Positions 36,234 through 50,499 are shown, numbered from the whole stretch's first letter. The stretch is 62,956 bases of DNA, filler included, from Jimgerdemannia flammicorona (GCA_003990765.1; 2 parts of 2 records of this genome joined end to end with filler, not necessarily neighbours in it), one strand, 5' to 3'. Notes: a model not told the origin generated them from the sequence alone. A program made the numbers and translations.

Positions 36234-36949
36234 TGATGTCGCATTTCTGACGGGAGTGTTGGGAGTGTTCCAAAAAGTTGGGGAGATTATCTGTAAGATT
36301 GACTGACCTTTTCTAGTACGTTTGCAGTTGCCCAAGGGCAGGCCATCACAAAACCCTGTTACCGTACATTGAGTACCATTGAGTATTTGCGCCGTACATT
36401 TAAGTATATGTGTATGTACACCAAGTATGCCATGTATGTGACGTGGTTTTACGATGCACAGTTTAATTCGTGTAAGTAGGCTGGCTACAAATAGCTTTTG
36501 TTTACCTCAAACCAAACTTCGTAATTGAGCTACGAGAATGTTGTTCTCCTTCACCGTAAAGTGTAACGGACTGCTCGTATAAGAACAACTTTTTATTGAT
36601 CTGACGCCTAGCAACATGGTGTGACATGAATGCGGATTCATAACATCAGTTCGATGAGTGTCACTGTTCAGTAGTTTTATCATTTTGATGGATTGTCCCT
36701 TCACCACGTAATTATACTTCCATAACGGTGTATACGCTGCCAAGATGCTGCGACGGTAATGACCGTGTTGAGGAGCATGGATACTTGTGACGGGGACAAC
36801 GATGAACTTATGCATGCGATCGCTAGTCTTGACACATCTTTTCTGATTCGGTTAATTCTGATCATCAGTAAAAAGTAGTTCTGGCTATCATGCCAACACC
36901 AGATATTTGCTTCTCTTAAAGTCTGGACTTAGACAAGAAATGAAAGTTT

Positions 36950-37950
36950 AGAATAATTAATTTAGTGTCAAGAGAGAGTGATATTATCAGTTCAACTATA
37001 CTAGACAAATATATTAGAATAAAATAAAATAATATATATTAGCTATATACTAGAACCAAGATAAACCATAATAATAGTTAATCTTTAGTAATATATATAT
37101 AACTATATAATTAAATAATTTTTCTATTAATTAATATTATTAAAAAAAAAAAAATTATTAAAAAGAAAAATTATATATAAAATATATTATTTATTAAAAG
37201 ACTTTAGTAATATGTATTAATTATTTGATTATATTTCTTTAACTTCTAAATATATATTATATTTAAGTTATTTAATAAAAAAAATAAAAAAATAAAATTT
37301 AAAATTTAAATATGAAATAATCTAAGATATATATCTTAATCTATAATTATAAAATATAGATTTGTCTAAGCTATATATAAATTAAGATATATATTTTATT
37401 AATTTTGATTTTTATTTATAATTAATCTTAATTATAATATATAACTGAAAATATTATATCTTTTAGCTTTTATTTATAATCTTTTCTATTTAATATTTAT
37501 ATTATTTTATTAAAATTAATTAAAATTAATTAAATATAACTAAAAGATAATATTATATATATATATATTTCTAATTATTCCAGATCTTTATTTCTTCTTT
37601 GAAAAGTTTAAACTTTGAGAGATAGCTTTGTTATACTCTATCATTTCATTACTTAGTCAGCTTGTTAAATTATAAATAAGTATTTCTCTATCTCATCTTT
37701 TTTAATTTCTAATATAAAGCAGATTTATATTCTTACTTAGTTGAAACTTATTATACTTCAATTCTATGTCAGATCTTAATCTTTGTTCTTTTGAAAATTA
37801 AGATACTCTTACTATATAGTTTGATTCTCTACCAGACATCTTGATCAAGATTATATCACTTAGAAGACAATTTACATCTCTGAATTATACTCTCACAGTT
37901 TATAAAATAATACTAATTGCTAACATTCTAATTCTAAATTTGTTTATATC
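36950..37950. other. AT-rich eroded block
   Basis: Very low GC, CpG-free, no ORF. Confidence 0.55.
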
Positions 37951-37955
37951 CTTAG

Positions 37956-38420
37956 ATGAATCTCAATAAATTGGATTGTATGAATTTTGTACTAGTAAAT
38001 GAATATAAATAATGCAGCTTACCAATTCAGCACCAGAAAAGGGCATGGAGGAGATATTATAAGTAAATTCCAAAAAAAAAAAAAAAAACCGTTAGTGTCT
38101 TCGCCTCGTGCTACCCAATTTACATTTTAGCAATCAGGGACTCTTGAAAAAACTATTTTCTTTTTGATCGCATCACGGCATCATTTTCCTGTGAGACCCG
38201 ATAGTACTGAGGCTTGAAAATCAATACGCCTCTACGCGGCTGCAGTTAAACATAAACTTGGACCTGGATTTCTGATTCTTGGATAAACCAAATTGCAATT
38301 AAACATACATGCAGCTTGGAAATGAGGGGTTGGTTACTTCTGAAATTTTCATCGGTCGTAATCGAATAAGAAATATCCTGATATCTATTCAATCTTTCCA
38401 ATATTATTAACATATCCCAA
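37956..38420. repeat. Dispersed repeat, copy 2 (see 32317-32850)
   Basis: Same ordered sequence blocks with indels. Confidence 0.8.
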
Positions 38421-38568
38421 GCAGTCACGCTTGAATGTCATGATGGGGTTGACGAGCTGGGGGCCAGTGCGCAGCGATAAACAAATAGGGATGCAACCTC
38501 CTTTTTCTTCATTCTCTACCCTCTTAACATTTGTCGAAATTACTTTATCCTCAAAAACAGCACGCAAA

Positions 38569-40178
38569 ATGGGCAGCAGGCTCTGTAAGTGGTGACATAT
38601 CAGATTTCCCGAGAGCTATCAAACACGAATCAATTCTCATATACGTTCGACTGAACCATTCCTGTAGCCTCCACAAAAGATTACATCGCCAATATATATC
38701 ATTTTTTACGACGCAGAACTGCTAAACTTAAAGCCACCAGCACAATCGAAGTCCTGCCCATAGAACTAAAAATGGAGATTGCAAATTACCTCGACTTTCC
38801 CAACCTCTATCGCCTCCGCGCCGTTTCAAAGTCATGGAAGTATGCCGTCGGCAACTCGTCCCACGTACTCGACTTCTACCACGACGCCATTAAGTACAAC
38901 ATTGACCAACCCCTCGTCCCGCCAGACGATTTCGTAGCCTACCTAATTTGTCACGCACGCCGCGAGCGGAACTGGAAACGTAGTGTAGCTCATAGCATCA
39001 CCTTGCTGCCTTGCAAGGCTGATTCACACGCTGTTCTCGACCTCGTACTGCACAGTGACATGGTGCTCGCGAATTATGGCCGTCAAATGGCGTTGTGGGA
39101 CCTGGCGAGCGAAAGCTCTGTCGCCACCTATCGCACCCCCTCGAACCAGTGCCTTCGGTGCTGCGGTTTTGATTGGCGTCGAAATATAGTCGTCGCAGGT
39201 ACCATATCTGGGTAGGTTTCGTCAATTCATCTGGTTTTTACAAACCCTTGTGTCACGGCGTGGGGATTAACTTTCGACATGCAGGCTCATAAATCCAACG
39301 CTATCGTAATATTTGCCGCCCCACAGCGCTATCGAATTCTGGGAGGCTCGCACGGGCGTGCATCTCGAGACCTGCCAAGATGAACCGGGCGGAAGAGAAG
39401 GCATCGTATCGATTCACATTGCCGGCTACAATATCGTCACTATGTCTGATAAGGGTCACATCCTTATCACCAGTATTGATCGTCAAAGTCGCCATTGTCT
39501 CCGGTTGGTTGAACATAACGTAGGTGTATTGGTGATTGTTCGTATTTTCCTTTCCCCCCTAAATCGTAGCATCACAACAAATCCCAAAGTGAGTTGTTTC
39601 TCGCCTTATCCTCTGCATTCCCTTTCAAGCCAAACCAGGTCTTCAGAACTTTTCATCTTTTCAACAATCACGTTGTCTCCGTCGCCGACAATATCACCAT
39701 CGTCCCCCTCAACACCTCTAGCCAACAACCTCCCAAAAAAATCCCTCTTCTTCCCGGAGTCCACAAGGTTGTGGGACGTGAGACCGCTGTCCTTCTCGTC
39801 CGCACCGTCGGGTTGGACCAATTTGTCATCGTTCATCTTCCTGATCCCTCCTCCCCCAATCCCACGCCCATCTGCTTCGAGCATACCTCATCGCCACTCA
39901 CGGATCCCGTCGTCGCTATCCACCCGCGCCGTCGCCGCGTCGTTGCCGCCTTCCGCCAGCGCAGCGACCTGGCCAGCGCGCTCGCAATATGGGACTACAA
40001 CCGTGTCGGCGGATCGAGCTCTAATGACTTACGCGTCGGAATCCGAGGGCTGGACCACGAGACGACTCGTAGGCTGTCATTTCCAATGCAAGGCCGGATT
40101 GTTTGGTCGTTGGCCGTGAATGACGAAAGGATTGTTGCGGGCATGTCAGATGGGAGCCTGGCCGTGGTGGAGTTTTAA
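38569..40178 (+). CDS. F-box protein with a degenerate WD40-like C-terminus; exons 38569-38584, 38668-39211, 39327-39519, 39570-40178
   Basis: F-box IEVLPIELKMEIANYLDFPNLYRLRAVSKSWK, RRERNWKR, WD-like ALWDL, VVAGTISG|AIEFWE and VWSLAVNDERIVAGMSDGSL. All splice phases are consistent. Confidence 0.82.
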
Positions 40179-41345
40179 GTGGCTTGGGTCGTGAGGAGAG
40201 TGAGGTGGCATTTGGGAGATCGAATCTTGGGAAAATATGGCAGCGTGCACAAAATTGCACTTCTTAACACGGTTTATAGGAGAACAATTACAAAAAGAAA
40301 AGGAAGGGAATAGAAAGGGAAGCAAAAAACTGAGAAAGCGTGCTTGCACGTACGTCAGAGTATGGAACAATTGTGAATTATAGGGTGCCTCTTTACCTCT
40401 CAAGTCAGCTCCCTAGAGTGGGCACATCGGCCTCTTCGTTAAAAAAAAAAAAAAAATTGTGTTGGCAAAAAACTTCCCTTGCACTGCCTATTGGAACAGG
40501 CGAGCTGACCTCAACTATCGAAGGAGCCGAAATAATTACCCGCCATGTGTGCGACGAATGCATTTGGAGTCAGTTGAGGGACACCCTATTATGAAGACTA
40601 CATTCCCAATCCATTATTCTACCCGAGATCGTCTTGCAAAGGAGTGTGTCGTTAGGCTGTTGTTTTTGTCACCTCTCGAGACTCGGGACAAAGGGCTCAT
40701 CCAGGTACGGGGAAAATAGTAGCTCGCCTAAAGAAAGGGATTGGCACAACAAACCACACAAGACGACAATGTCGTTGTATATTGGAATTTGACAGCGTAA
40801 TTCACCCTATGAACGCCAAAAAACCCATCATCTGTCATACACCTCTGTAACCATTTTCCACTCTCGTCGTATCGCTTATGAAGGATACCGAAGCCCCAAA
40901 GACAGAATGCCGCGTGTTGATCCGTATCCATGTATTCATGATTTACTGGTTCTAAATCTAAAATACAATTTGTAGCTAATAAGAGATAAAATGAAATTGT
41001 GTAGCTGGGTGAATGGAACTTGAGTACCGTCAACGATTGCGTTTCAAAAAGAGAAACTGTGAAAGGAAAATAGGACTTTGCTTGCTCTCAAACGTTGTAA
41101 TTATAATCGCATTCACGAGAAGAAGAAGAAAAAAGTATAATATACTCTCAACAATAATCTCACACTGAGATTCGTGGCGAATATTTAACCGGGATCAACA
41201 AGGGGTAGGATACAATTCTAAAATATACAGTAAAATTTCTCAATCATAAATCAATAAAGGCCCCTAGATCATGGTGTTCGCAAAATATAATACGTATGTA
41301 CAAGCACCCCCGTCCACCTACTGAAATTTAACGTAAGCAACAAGG

Positions 41346-42831
41346 TCAAGGCTTCCTCGCCACCGTCGTATGAAAATCCGAATATGGCATGTACTTTTCA
41401 ACCTCACGTTCCATCACCTCGACATTCCTATCGAACTGGCGGATCGACATGCCCATGTACGGAGCAATTATGTGCTTGACGGATTGCAAGAGCAAACGCA
41501 AGTCTTCGGCGAAAAGCTCACCAAGGCGGCCGCCCCATTTACCGATGGGGATTGAAACCTGTGAGTGCTGGATGTCGGCGAATCCGACGGAACGCGCCAC
41601 ATTTGCAGCAGTGATGCCGAAGGTGGCATTTATGCCCCGTTTTTTGATAATTTCTATGACTGCAAATAAAATAAAAATAACAATGAGTAGCTGAAGATGA
41701 ACGCGGGGGGGGGTTCTCATTAATAATAACGGCGAGCATCGACTGGCGAGCTTACACTTCTTATTGGTTTTTGTTCCAACTGGACCGTGACGTCTGACTG
41801 AATTGATGTTTGATTAGCTTCGATTAAGAGATACGCGCATGCACATTTTTCTCGCCGATAGAAGGGATCGTGCTTACTTTCAATGTCGCACTCGACAATT
41901 TCTATATAACCTCCCTTACGTAATATTCTTCGATATTCCGCAAGCACAAGCGGCCACTGCTTCTCGGTTACATTTGTCAGCATATTCCGTTGAAAGATGT
42001 CTGCATGGGTTGATATGTAGCCAGGTGAGATCAATATTCTCGAGAAGAATTGTAATAACACCTGTTTTCATATTTGTACATAAAAGACTAACAATCAAAC
42101 GATCCATCCTCGAAGGGCAGTGGCGCCGTAATATCGGCCATAACGAAATTGCTGTTTTTTGGCTTGCAGTTCGACGGGAACTCCGAGAGGTTGTCGATGC
42201 CTATAAATTCTGATTTGGGATACTCGGTCGCCATTTCCTATATTACGTGATTGGAATATATATATAGAATTAAGTACGGAGTATAACTAGTGACATAATG
42301 CGTATTAAAACAATTGAAGAGACATAAATACCATTGTCCAAGTTCCTGTGGTATTGTAGGAGCATAAGCATGGAGTAAAGCGCTACTCAGTAAGGGCATC
42401 ACGGTTGGCATATGTTGGCAGACATCTTTTGTTGTAACTGACCTGGACCGCAGCTATGAAGGAAGTATTGTTAAAAAACGTGTCGTCAGGTATTTTGTAC
42501 ATGATTACTATAGCGAGTCGAGCTATTTCAGTCTAACACATACCCTATATCCAACACCTTTGCTCCCCTCTTCAGCGTATCCTTCACAGGAGCTTGAAAG
42601 TATCTGAATTGGTATTCTGAGGTTAAAAATGACGTCCGGACTATACAACATGAATGCGGAGCACATCCTGCGAACATACCCGTCGAATGCGATATGGAGC
42701 GTCCAATGCTGCAGCTGAAGTCTATCAATCTCTACGTTGGCGTTGCAGTTTTGGTATGAGTAAATTTGACCTTTTACAGCACCACGACGACTTTCGGTCC
42801 ATTTGTTGGTTGGATTGGACACTTTGTTCAT
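41346..42831 (-). CDS. Class I SAM-dependent methyltransferase (LaeA/TAM-like fungal family), multi-exon with micro-exons 42453-42443 and 42345-42332
   Basis: EIDRLQLQH, KVLDIG|CGPG|TWTM|EMATEYPKSEFIGID, IFQRNM, WPLVLAEYRRILRKGGYIEIVE, IPIGKWGGRLG and VARKP*. Confidence 0.88.
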
Positions 42832-44600
42832 GATGTGCGTAATTAACGATGACCAAAAGAGAGGGGAAGTTATTTTCTGACGTAAGTAAGATTTTCAGCA
42901 GGACTTTGCGTTGAGTGAGAACCGCACAGAAAACGTCTAGGGCCTCAGAGATACCTCCTTATAATTTTTCAAGTTCCGCATTGTGCATATAGGGATAGCC
43001 GGCCCGTTTCCCGTCGCTCATATGGCTGACTTTTGCGATTGGCCAGCATCAGATCTGAATGACGTGAGAACTACCCTGATCGCGAAGGATATAAAAATGG
43101 GCGGCCACGCTGGAACCTTTTTTGGTTTCGAAGAAATTTGTGTCGCGGATTATTCCAAACTGTGTATTATATACTCGTGTGTTACCAGATAATCGCGAGA
43201 CATGGCACAACACGTCCATCATAGGTAATAAACAATATCGGATGTTTTTTTTGATTTTCGGACTGGTGTCCAGTTGGAGCGAAATCCTGTGCGGGCGTGA
43301 GTAATTCTGGACATAAGAAGAACACTACCCGTGGTGTTGGTCCACTGACATATTGTACCGGCTCTCACATGGCAGGTCGTCGTCGCAAAATAAGTATCAA
43401 TCGGCACCAAGACCGATTTTCAAGCACTGTGTCGCTGGCGACGATCGTGGAACTTTAAAGGCAGATCGGGAAAACGGCTTAAAATTGCCGAAGGGCAATG
43501 GTGCAAAATTGCGGTGAGAATATATAGCGTGGATAATTAGCCCGCGAAGAATGGCAGTAAAACCGTATCAAGAAACCCATTTAGAAGTGACGCTCTTTTT
43601 ACTTCGTATATCCGGCAAAACCGTGAGCAGCACGCTCAACTCCTCAATATCCACACTATAATCAATAGATAATTCGGTTTTTAGATTTACATTTGAGGCC
43701 TATACAGCTCGCAACATATCTGACACATCTGCGTTTGCGTAGGGAACGAGCTCTGACGAGATGGAAAGCTAAAATATTATCTAGTTTAGAGGTTGTTGCA
43801 CATAGTAAGAACTGCATATGTCTAGCTTGCATCCAAATGATGCTGTGAAATATGCAATGTTTGTTGGTGACAGTGGTCGAATGCCTCATCGGGCAGGTAG
43901 TCTCCGCCGTGATACTTCCAAACAGCGACGTAAATTTGAAATCCCAGGTAACTGCACTGTCAAACACTACTTTGCTTCGCCCTCGCTTCTCCCGTGCTTA
44001 TTACTATTCTGCACCATTTATAATCGGGAAAAACATGTGGCCAATTATGGCTCGGATGAACCATTTATGCGTCGCGGTCTTATCGCATAGTCCCGAGGTG
44101 GTCCACCAGAAAGAACGATAGCCTATTTCGACTAGCCGCCGAGTGATCGTATCAATAGGGGAGTTTGGTTGCGATGATGTAAAGGGGTGGTGGTTGCGGT
44201 GCTCGTCGAGTATGCAGCGGGGACGCCCTCTACTCCATGAAGCGACGCTCCTCGCCCTCGACCGGCCCGTCCTCGACCGCCGTCCTCGATCCTCAACCCT
44301 CGTCCTCGTGGCCATGCAAGGATGATCACCATGTTGACTTAGGGGCCAATCTCGCGTTGACGTCAGCCGGCGCAGCTGTCAAGACTGCGCAGCTGCAGCG
44401 TGACTGTCCAAATTGGCGGTAATCATCCAATCATGTGCCACGGCGGGATAGAAAAAAAATTGGCTTGAAAAACCACAAGTGAGTTGTGTCTTCTCTTCCC
44501 ATCCTTGCACATTCGCCACATTCTAGATTGTGGTAGCCCCCCTCCCCCCACTCCTCTGTGCAATCTTTCCCAACTCCACACCACACTCGCAATCATCCAC

Positions 44601-46978
44601 ATGGTCTCCGCATCTAAGCAAAAACGCATGGCCGCCAAGGCCGACAAGGCCGCCAGCTCCCCGGCCGGCACCGGCAAGAGCACCCCTGTCGGCGTCAATC
44701 CGTCTACTGACTCATCCGTGAACGAGCTGTCGCTGGAGAAGCTGAACCTCAAGGTCGACCGTACCGCCACCGGCGTGTATACTGCCCAGGAGAGGAGCAA
44801 AGACATCAAGATCGAATCGTACTCGCTCAATTACCATGGCCGTGTCCTGATCGACAATGCGAACATTGAACTCAACTTTGGTCGTCGGTATGGTCTCATC
44901 GGCGCTAACGGCTCGGGTAAATCCACCTTCCTGGCGAGTTTGGCTGAGCGCGACATCGAGATCCCGAGTCATATTGATGTAAGTTTCTATATATTATATA
45001 TAGTTTTTGCACCTTTGAGTTGCCAGTGGGATGAATGGAGGGATGGCGTAGAGATGGCAAAGTTGGGAGGATGGGTTAATGCCCACCTTGGGCAACGTCG
45101 GAAGAAAATATGTGGCTTTTCTTATCGCAAAGGCCGGCTCATTCAACCAACCTTGTACGAGTATACTCATTTTCCCGTCGACCCTACCAACCAAATCAAC
45201 CTCAGATCTACCTCCTTAACCAAGAAGCCGAACCCGAGGATAAGAACGCTGTACAGGCAGTAATTGAGTCGGCACAGAAGGAAGTGGCACGTCTCGAGGC
45301 TGAGGTAGAACGGCTCCTGTCGGAGGATGTCGACAACCCGTTCCTAGAGGATATCTACGAGCGCATCGAGTCGCTCGATCCCGCCACCTTTGAGACCAGG
45401 GCCTGCACCCTACTTGCCGGCCTTGGCTTCACGGTCAAGCAAATGGCCAAAAGCACCAAGGATATGTCGGGTGGGTGGAGGATGAGAGTCGCGCTCGCTA
45501 GGGCGCTGTTCATCAAGCCTACACTGTTGCTATTAGACGAGCCGAGTAAGTGGTCTTTGTTGAGGTATTGGGAACTGGGGGAGAGGGGAAAAGCATGGGC
45601 AAAAAAAAAAAAAACCCCCCGAAGGGATGGAGGCTTTTTCCAGAGTACATCTTGTGCAAGCTCACCATACTAATCTAATTATCCGCACACCCACAAATCT
45701 CCAGCCAACCACTTGGATCTTGAAGCGTGCGTGTGGCTCGAAGAATACCTCAAGACGTATGACCGCATCCTTGTGATGATCTCCCACTCGCAGGATTTCC
45801 TCAACGGTGTCTGCACCAACATGATGCACCTGACTCACAAGCGCAAGCTCGTCTACTACGGTGGTAACTACGATACATTCATCAAGACCAAGGAGGAGCT
45901 CGAGGTCAACCAGATGAAGGCCTACAACAAACAGCAGGATGAAATTGCTCACATCAAGAAGTTCATCGCTTCTGCCGGTACCTATGCGAATCTGGTTAGG
46001 CAGGCGAAGTCGAAACAGAAGGTGTGTATATCGTATTACTATAGCATTGAAATTTTGAAGTGGCATACACATATGAATCGATATACTCCATATTAACGCT
46101 CTTGACCTATCTTCCAGATTATCGACAAAATGGAAGCCGCCGGCCTGATCGAGAAGGTCGAACCCCCCCCCCAGTTCAAATTCTCGTTCGCGGACGTGGA
46201 CAAACTTCCCCCGCCCGTACTGGCCTTCGATAAGGTGTCGTTTGCTTACTCTGGGGAAATGAGGGACTGCCTATACCGCGACCTGGAGCTCGGCGTGGAC
46301 ATGGACTCCCGCATCGCTCTCGTCGGACCCAACGGCGCCGGAAAATCCACTCTCCTCAAGCTCATGAGCGCAGAGCTCAATCCAACTGGCGGTCGTATCG
46401 GTAGACAGACGGGCCTCAAACTCGGAAAGTACTCACAGCATTCGAACGATCAGTTGGATATGGATTTGTCGCCGATAGATTATTTGAAGAAGCAGTTCCC
46501 GGATATTAAAGAGGATATTGATGTAGGTTTACCTTCCCACGATTCCCCTTTTTTTTGAGGGGTTTGATGCCGTTAGTCTGAGTTGACGCGAATTGAACTT
46601 TATATTTCCCATTTCTTTTGCTAGTTCTGGCGTCGCCAAATCGGCCGCTACGGTCTCACGGGTACCCACCAGACCTCTCCCATTTCCCACCTTTCCGATG
46701 GTCTCAAATCGCGCCTCGTCTTCGCGGAGCTGGCGATGGCGCACCCGCACATTATTCTTCTAGACGAACCGACCAACCATTTGGACATGGAATCGATCGA
46801 TGCACTGGCGGATGCGATCCGCAAGTACAGCGGCGGCGTCGTGCTCGTGTCTCACGACTTCCGCCTCATCGGACAGATCGCCGAGCAGATTTGGAAGTGC
46901 GAGAACGGAAAGGTCAAGCCATGGAGCGGAACCATCAAGGAGTACAAGGAGAGTCTAAGGAAGAATGTCAAATTGTAA
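44601..46978 (+). CDS. ARB1: ABC-F family ribosome-associated ATPase ABCF2/Arb1, 5 exons
   Basis: [101 protein letters not shown] and [10 protein letters not shown]. Confidence 0.95.
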
Positions 46979-47450
46979 TTGAGTCGCGGTGTGAGCTCGG
47001 AAGATGGGGGTGGATTGGAATTACACATATATTGACAATGGCCATAAAACAAGTGTTATGAAAGTCCTCCCTTCGGAGGCAAAACGGTCTTGTCCCATCG
47101 TACATGACATGCCAAAAAGGCGTGGTCCCACCATCGAAATTTATATATTGTTGTTCTCTCTTGCATATTCTTTTTGTTCGACAGTCATCACTCCGATAAA
47201 TACTTGCATCTTGGTTTTCTTTTCTCCTTTTCCTTTCCTTTTCCTCCCCTTGTCTCCCTTTGCATATGCGATACAACCTTCACCCCTTGTATTAGTGGAA
47301 TGATAGAAATTTTTTTTCCTTAAGTTGTTCTCCTGAGATTTTGGTAATAACCAGTGGATTGCGATTGGTTCACGGATGGCTCTGAGCGATCACCACTAGC
47401 TATCACTAATCAATACCAGTCAACTAGCTAAACACGTGATTTTCACCGTA

Positions 47451-47533
47451 CACATATGGGGCGTAATTTTTCAAAAGGTGCCTTATGGCCTATCAGGATT
47501 AGTACCTTTTTGAAAAATTGTGTCCCATATGTG
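47451..47533. repeat. Imperfect inverted repeat (~30-bp arms, short spacer)
   Basis: cacatatggggcgtaatttttcaaaaggtg versus tacctttttgaaaaattgtgtcccatatgtg. Confidence 0.8.
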
Positions 47534-48079
47534 CAGCTCCATCAAGCAAAGCTCAAAGACCTCCTCTCGAGGAACAGAAAGATCCTTTGGGCACTATTTA
47601 CATTTGTAATTCCAGTATTAGAAAACTTTTGACCATCTAGACTATGATTAATTTACTCACATATACTATAGGTTTTTGATATATGTATATGTCTCAGATA
47701 CAATTACAACCTTTTTACCCAGCCTCTCAGTCTTGCTGAGTAGTCAGTTGAGGAAGTATCTGTGACTCTATGTTAGTATCTTCTGAATCTGATAGAATAA
47801 ATGAAAGTATAAATATACAAGCTATAAAATAAAAAATAGATTATAATATTTCTGTAATACTGTATCATATGTCTGTTCAACCTTCTCTTCTTTTTTCCAG
47901 CTATAAAATGTGAGTTGAACCAGGAGATGATTACTATATCAAACATCCTTAGCAGTCACAATACTGCTTTCTTATAAACCTTATTAATTAGATTATATAT
48001 ACTTATTAGTATATATATTATATATAACAGAACTCATCTCATCATCATACAGATACCTGGTAGATATATAATATGATAT

Positions 48080-48486
48080 CTGCCTCATATGTATGTAAGT
48101 CCTTTACTCATCTCATCTGGGAGAACTAGACTCTACCCACTATACTATACTTTGATGAGAGTTTTTTTTTATCTGTTATTCTTCTTAGAGTGGCAGAGAC
48201 TATTCTATTTTACTTGGATATAGCCTTATATATATATTGGGGTTTCAGATATGCACCCTTGGTCATAGGTATATGGTTGTTCCTCTTTAGTAATAGAGAG
48301 AGTATAATATATAGAATAAGATATAGACAATAATACTCTATTATACCTGATATAATTGAGCTACTAGACAATAGCTAGCCTAAGTTAATAGGAGTATAGT
48401 ACTTGAGAGGTAGTGGGGGAGGGTTTTGGTCTATAGTCTAGGTTCTTTTCTAATAAAATCTACAAAACTTTGGATTTATTAAAAAA
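48080..48486 (+). mobile_element. Retroposon family copy C, 5'-truncated and heavily transition-mutated
   Basis: Aligns to the 3' ~400 bp of copy A with numerous C>T and G>A changes. Confidence 0.75.
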
Positions 48487-48491
48487 TATAT

Positions 48492-48742
48492 CCCTTATTC
48501 TATAATATAATGCAGCCAAATTTGGCTGCAAAAAAATTTTAAATTTTTAAATTTTTTTTTGACTTAATATTTATTATAAAATTATAAAAAAAAAATTTTT
48601 TTGAAAAAAGTTAGGAAATTTGAAAAAAAAAATTGAAATTTTTTTTGATAATTTCATTTTTTTGATTTTCTTTTGATTTTTATAATATTTTTATAGTTTT
48701 TTTTTTTTTGCAGCCAAATTCAGCTGCATTACAGAGTAAGGG
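48492..48742. mobile_element. MITE-like element with ~35-40 bp terminal inverted repeats beginning CCCTTA
   Basis: Left end cccttattctataat..gcagccaaatttggctgcaaaaaaa; right end ttttttgcagccaaattcagctgcattacagagtaaggg. Flanked by ATAT on both sides with an A/T-only interior. Confidence 0.7.
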
Positions 48743-50499
48743 ATATATATATATATAATATATATGAGATTATCAAGAGCAAGTAGTAGTTGAATTATAT
48801 ACTAGATATTGTTTTTATCAAAGCAACTATGATCTTATTAGGGGTTTTATTATAAATAAAAGAATAAAAATTTATATATTATACTTATAAGTAAGCTATA
48901 TAAAGATAGAGTATAATATTATAATATTTCAATAAATCTTATATAAGTGAGTACTATATCAGAAAGATCTAAACATCAGAATCAATAATATAGATATTGA
49001 CTCTATTTAGTCTTTATAGGCTAGTATAACTTTCTTATCATATATTTAAATAAATGTTTACTATCTAAGTTGCTAATTATATATATGAGCTTTAAGTCTA
49101 TTTCAACAAGTCTATTATTAGATTAGTAGTAGTTCTTTCTTTAATATTTATAATATATAATAGTAGTTTTATCTTGTAATATAGGTGGTCAGAATCTATA
49201 GATAGTAGCTTCTTATTATATAATAGCTAAAGGTAGAATTAGAGAGATATATAACAATATTGAGTATAAATTATAATAATCTGAATGAGATTTTTTTTAG
49301 TTACAACACTAAGTATATACTATAATGACTGCTCTATCTTCTTGAGCTCATCATTGTATCAGTATATATATCTTATCTTATATTTAAATTGCTAATATAA
49401 TTATATGATCTAGGATCTTATAGAACTATCTTTATGAAGTACTAGTAATATATAGTTTTAATTTCATACTTAAGTAGAATATAGAAGAAGAATTGATGAT
49501 TATAATATCTCATTTGCTAATAATTAATAATAACTATATTATATATAACTCTTTTTTAAAAAGAAAGAAAATATATTAATAATATGTTTGAATAAATAAA
49601 TAAAATAAAATAAAATAAAATAAATAAACTTATCTAATATAACTTATTTATTATTTTATCAATAAACTCTATCTTATATTTAGTATTATATAATAGATAC
49701 TGAGTCCTTTAAATATATCAGATTTTCTTTAAAGTGTATCTCTTAGACTAACTATAAGTTTATTATAAGTAAGTTTTTATTGGAATGCTTTTCTAAGATC
49801 TTATAGTCCTCAAACTTCTTATCTTTAAACTGTCTTGTTATCTCTTAGATTATTTATATAGAATTAAGTATAAGTAAACTGAGAGAATTGACTTTATTTT
49901 TAGAAAAATAAGAGAGATATATATATAAAATATAATTCAATAGTTACTAAGATATAAAGCTAAATATAAATCCAATAACTAAATAAAATACTGAAATACA
50001 GAAAACTTCAGTTGTAAGTATAAATTTGAATATCTGTACAAATAGTTACATAAGTTTAGAATATTGATAGATTTCAGTAATATAAGAAAAGGATGCCAGA
50101 AGATTTAGATATTATAAGGAACTTAGAGCAGAATATTCAGAACTCTGAGTACTTCATCTTTATCACTATTATTAAGACTAGAGGTTAGAGATAGGATGTC
50201 TTTGAAGGAGATGAGGTTAGTGAATATTTTATCTGTCTTATATATTTTGTATATGTCATATATTTTATATACTTCATACATATTGCCAATTAGTGAGATA
50301 ACATCATTACATTTGGCAGCAGAGAGGAGATCAAGGAGATCTAGGACTCTCCAATCTATGATATTCTCTTCTACAAAATAAAAGACAAATATGGGATCTT
50401 GGGGGGGTCTAACCTGGATGCTGAGGCCTTAGAATACTGAGATCAATTCTTGTAGAAATTAATCAGGATTGTCCTTGAGGATGGAATTCTAGAACTCTT

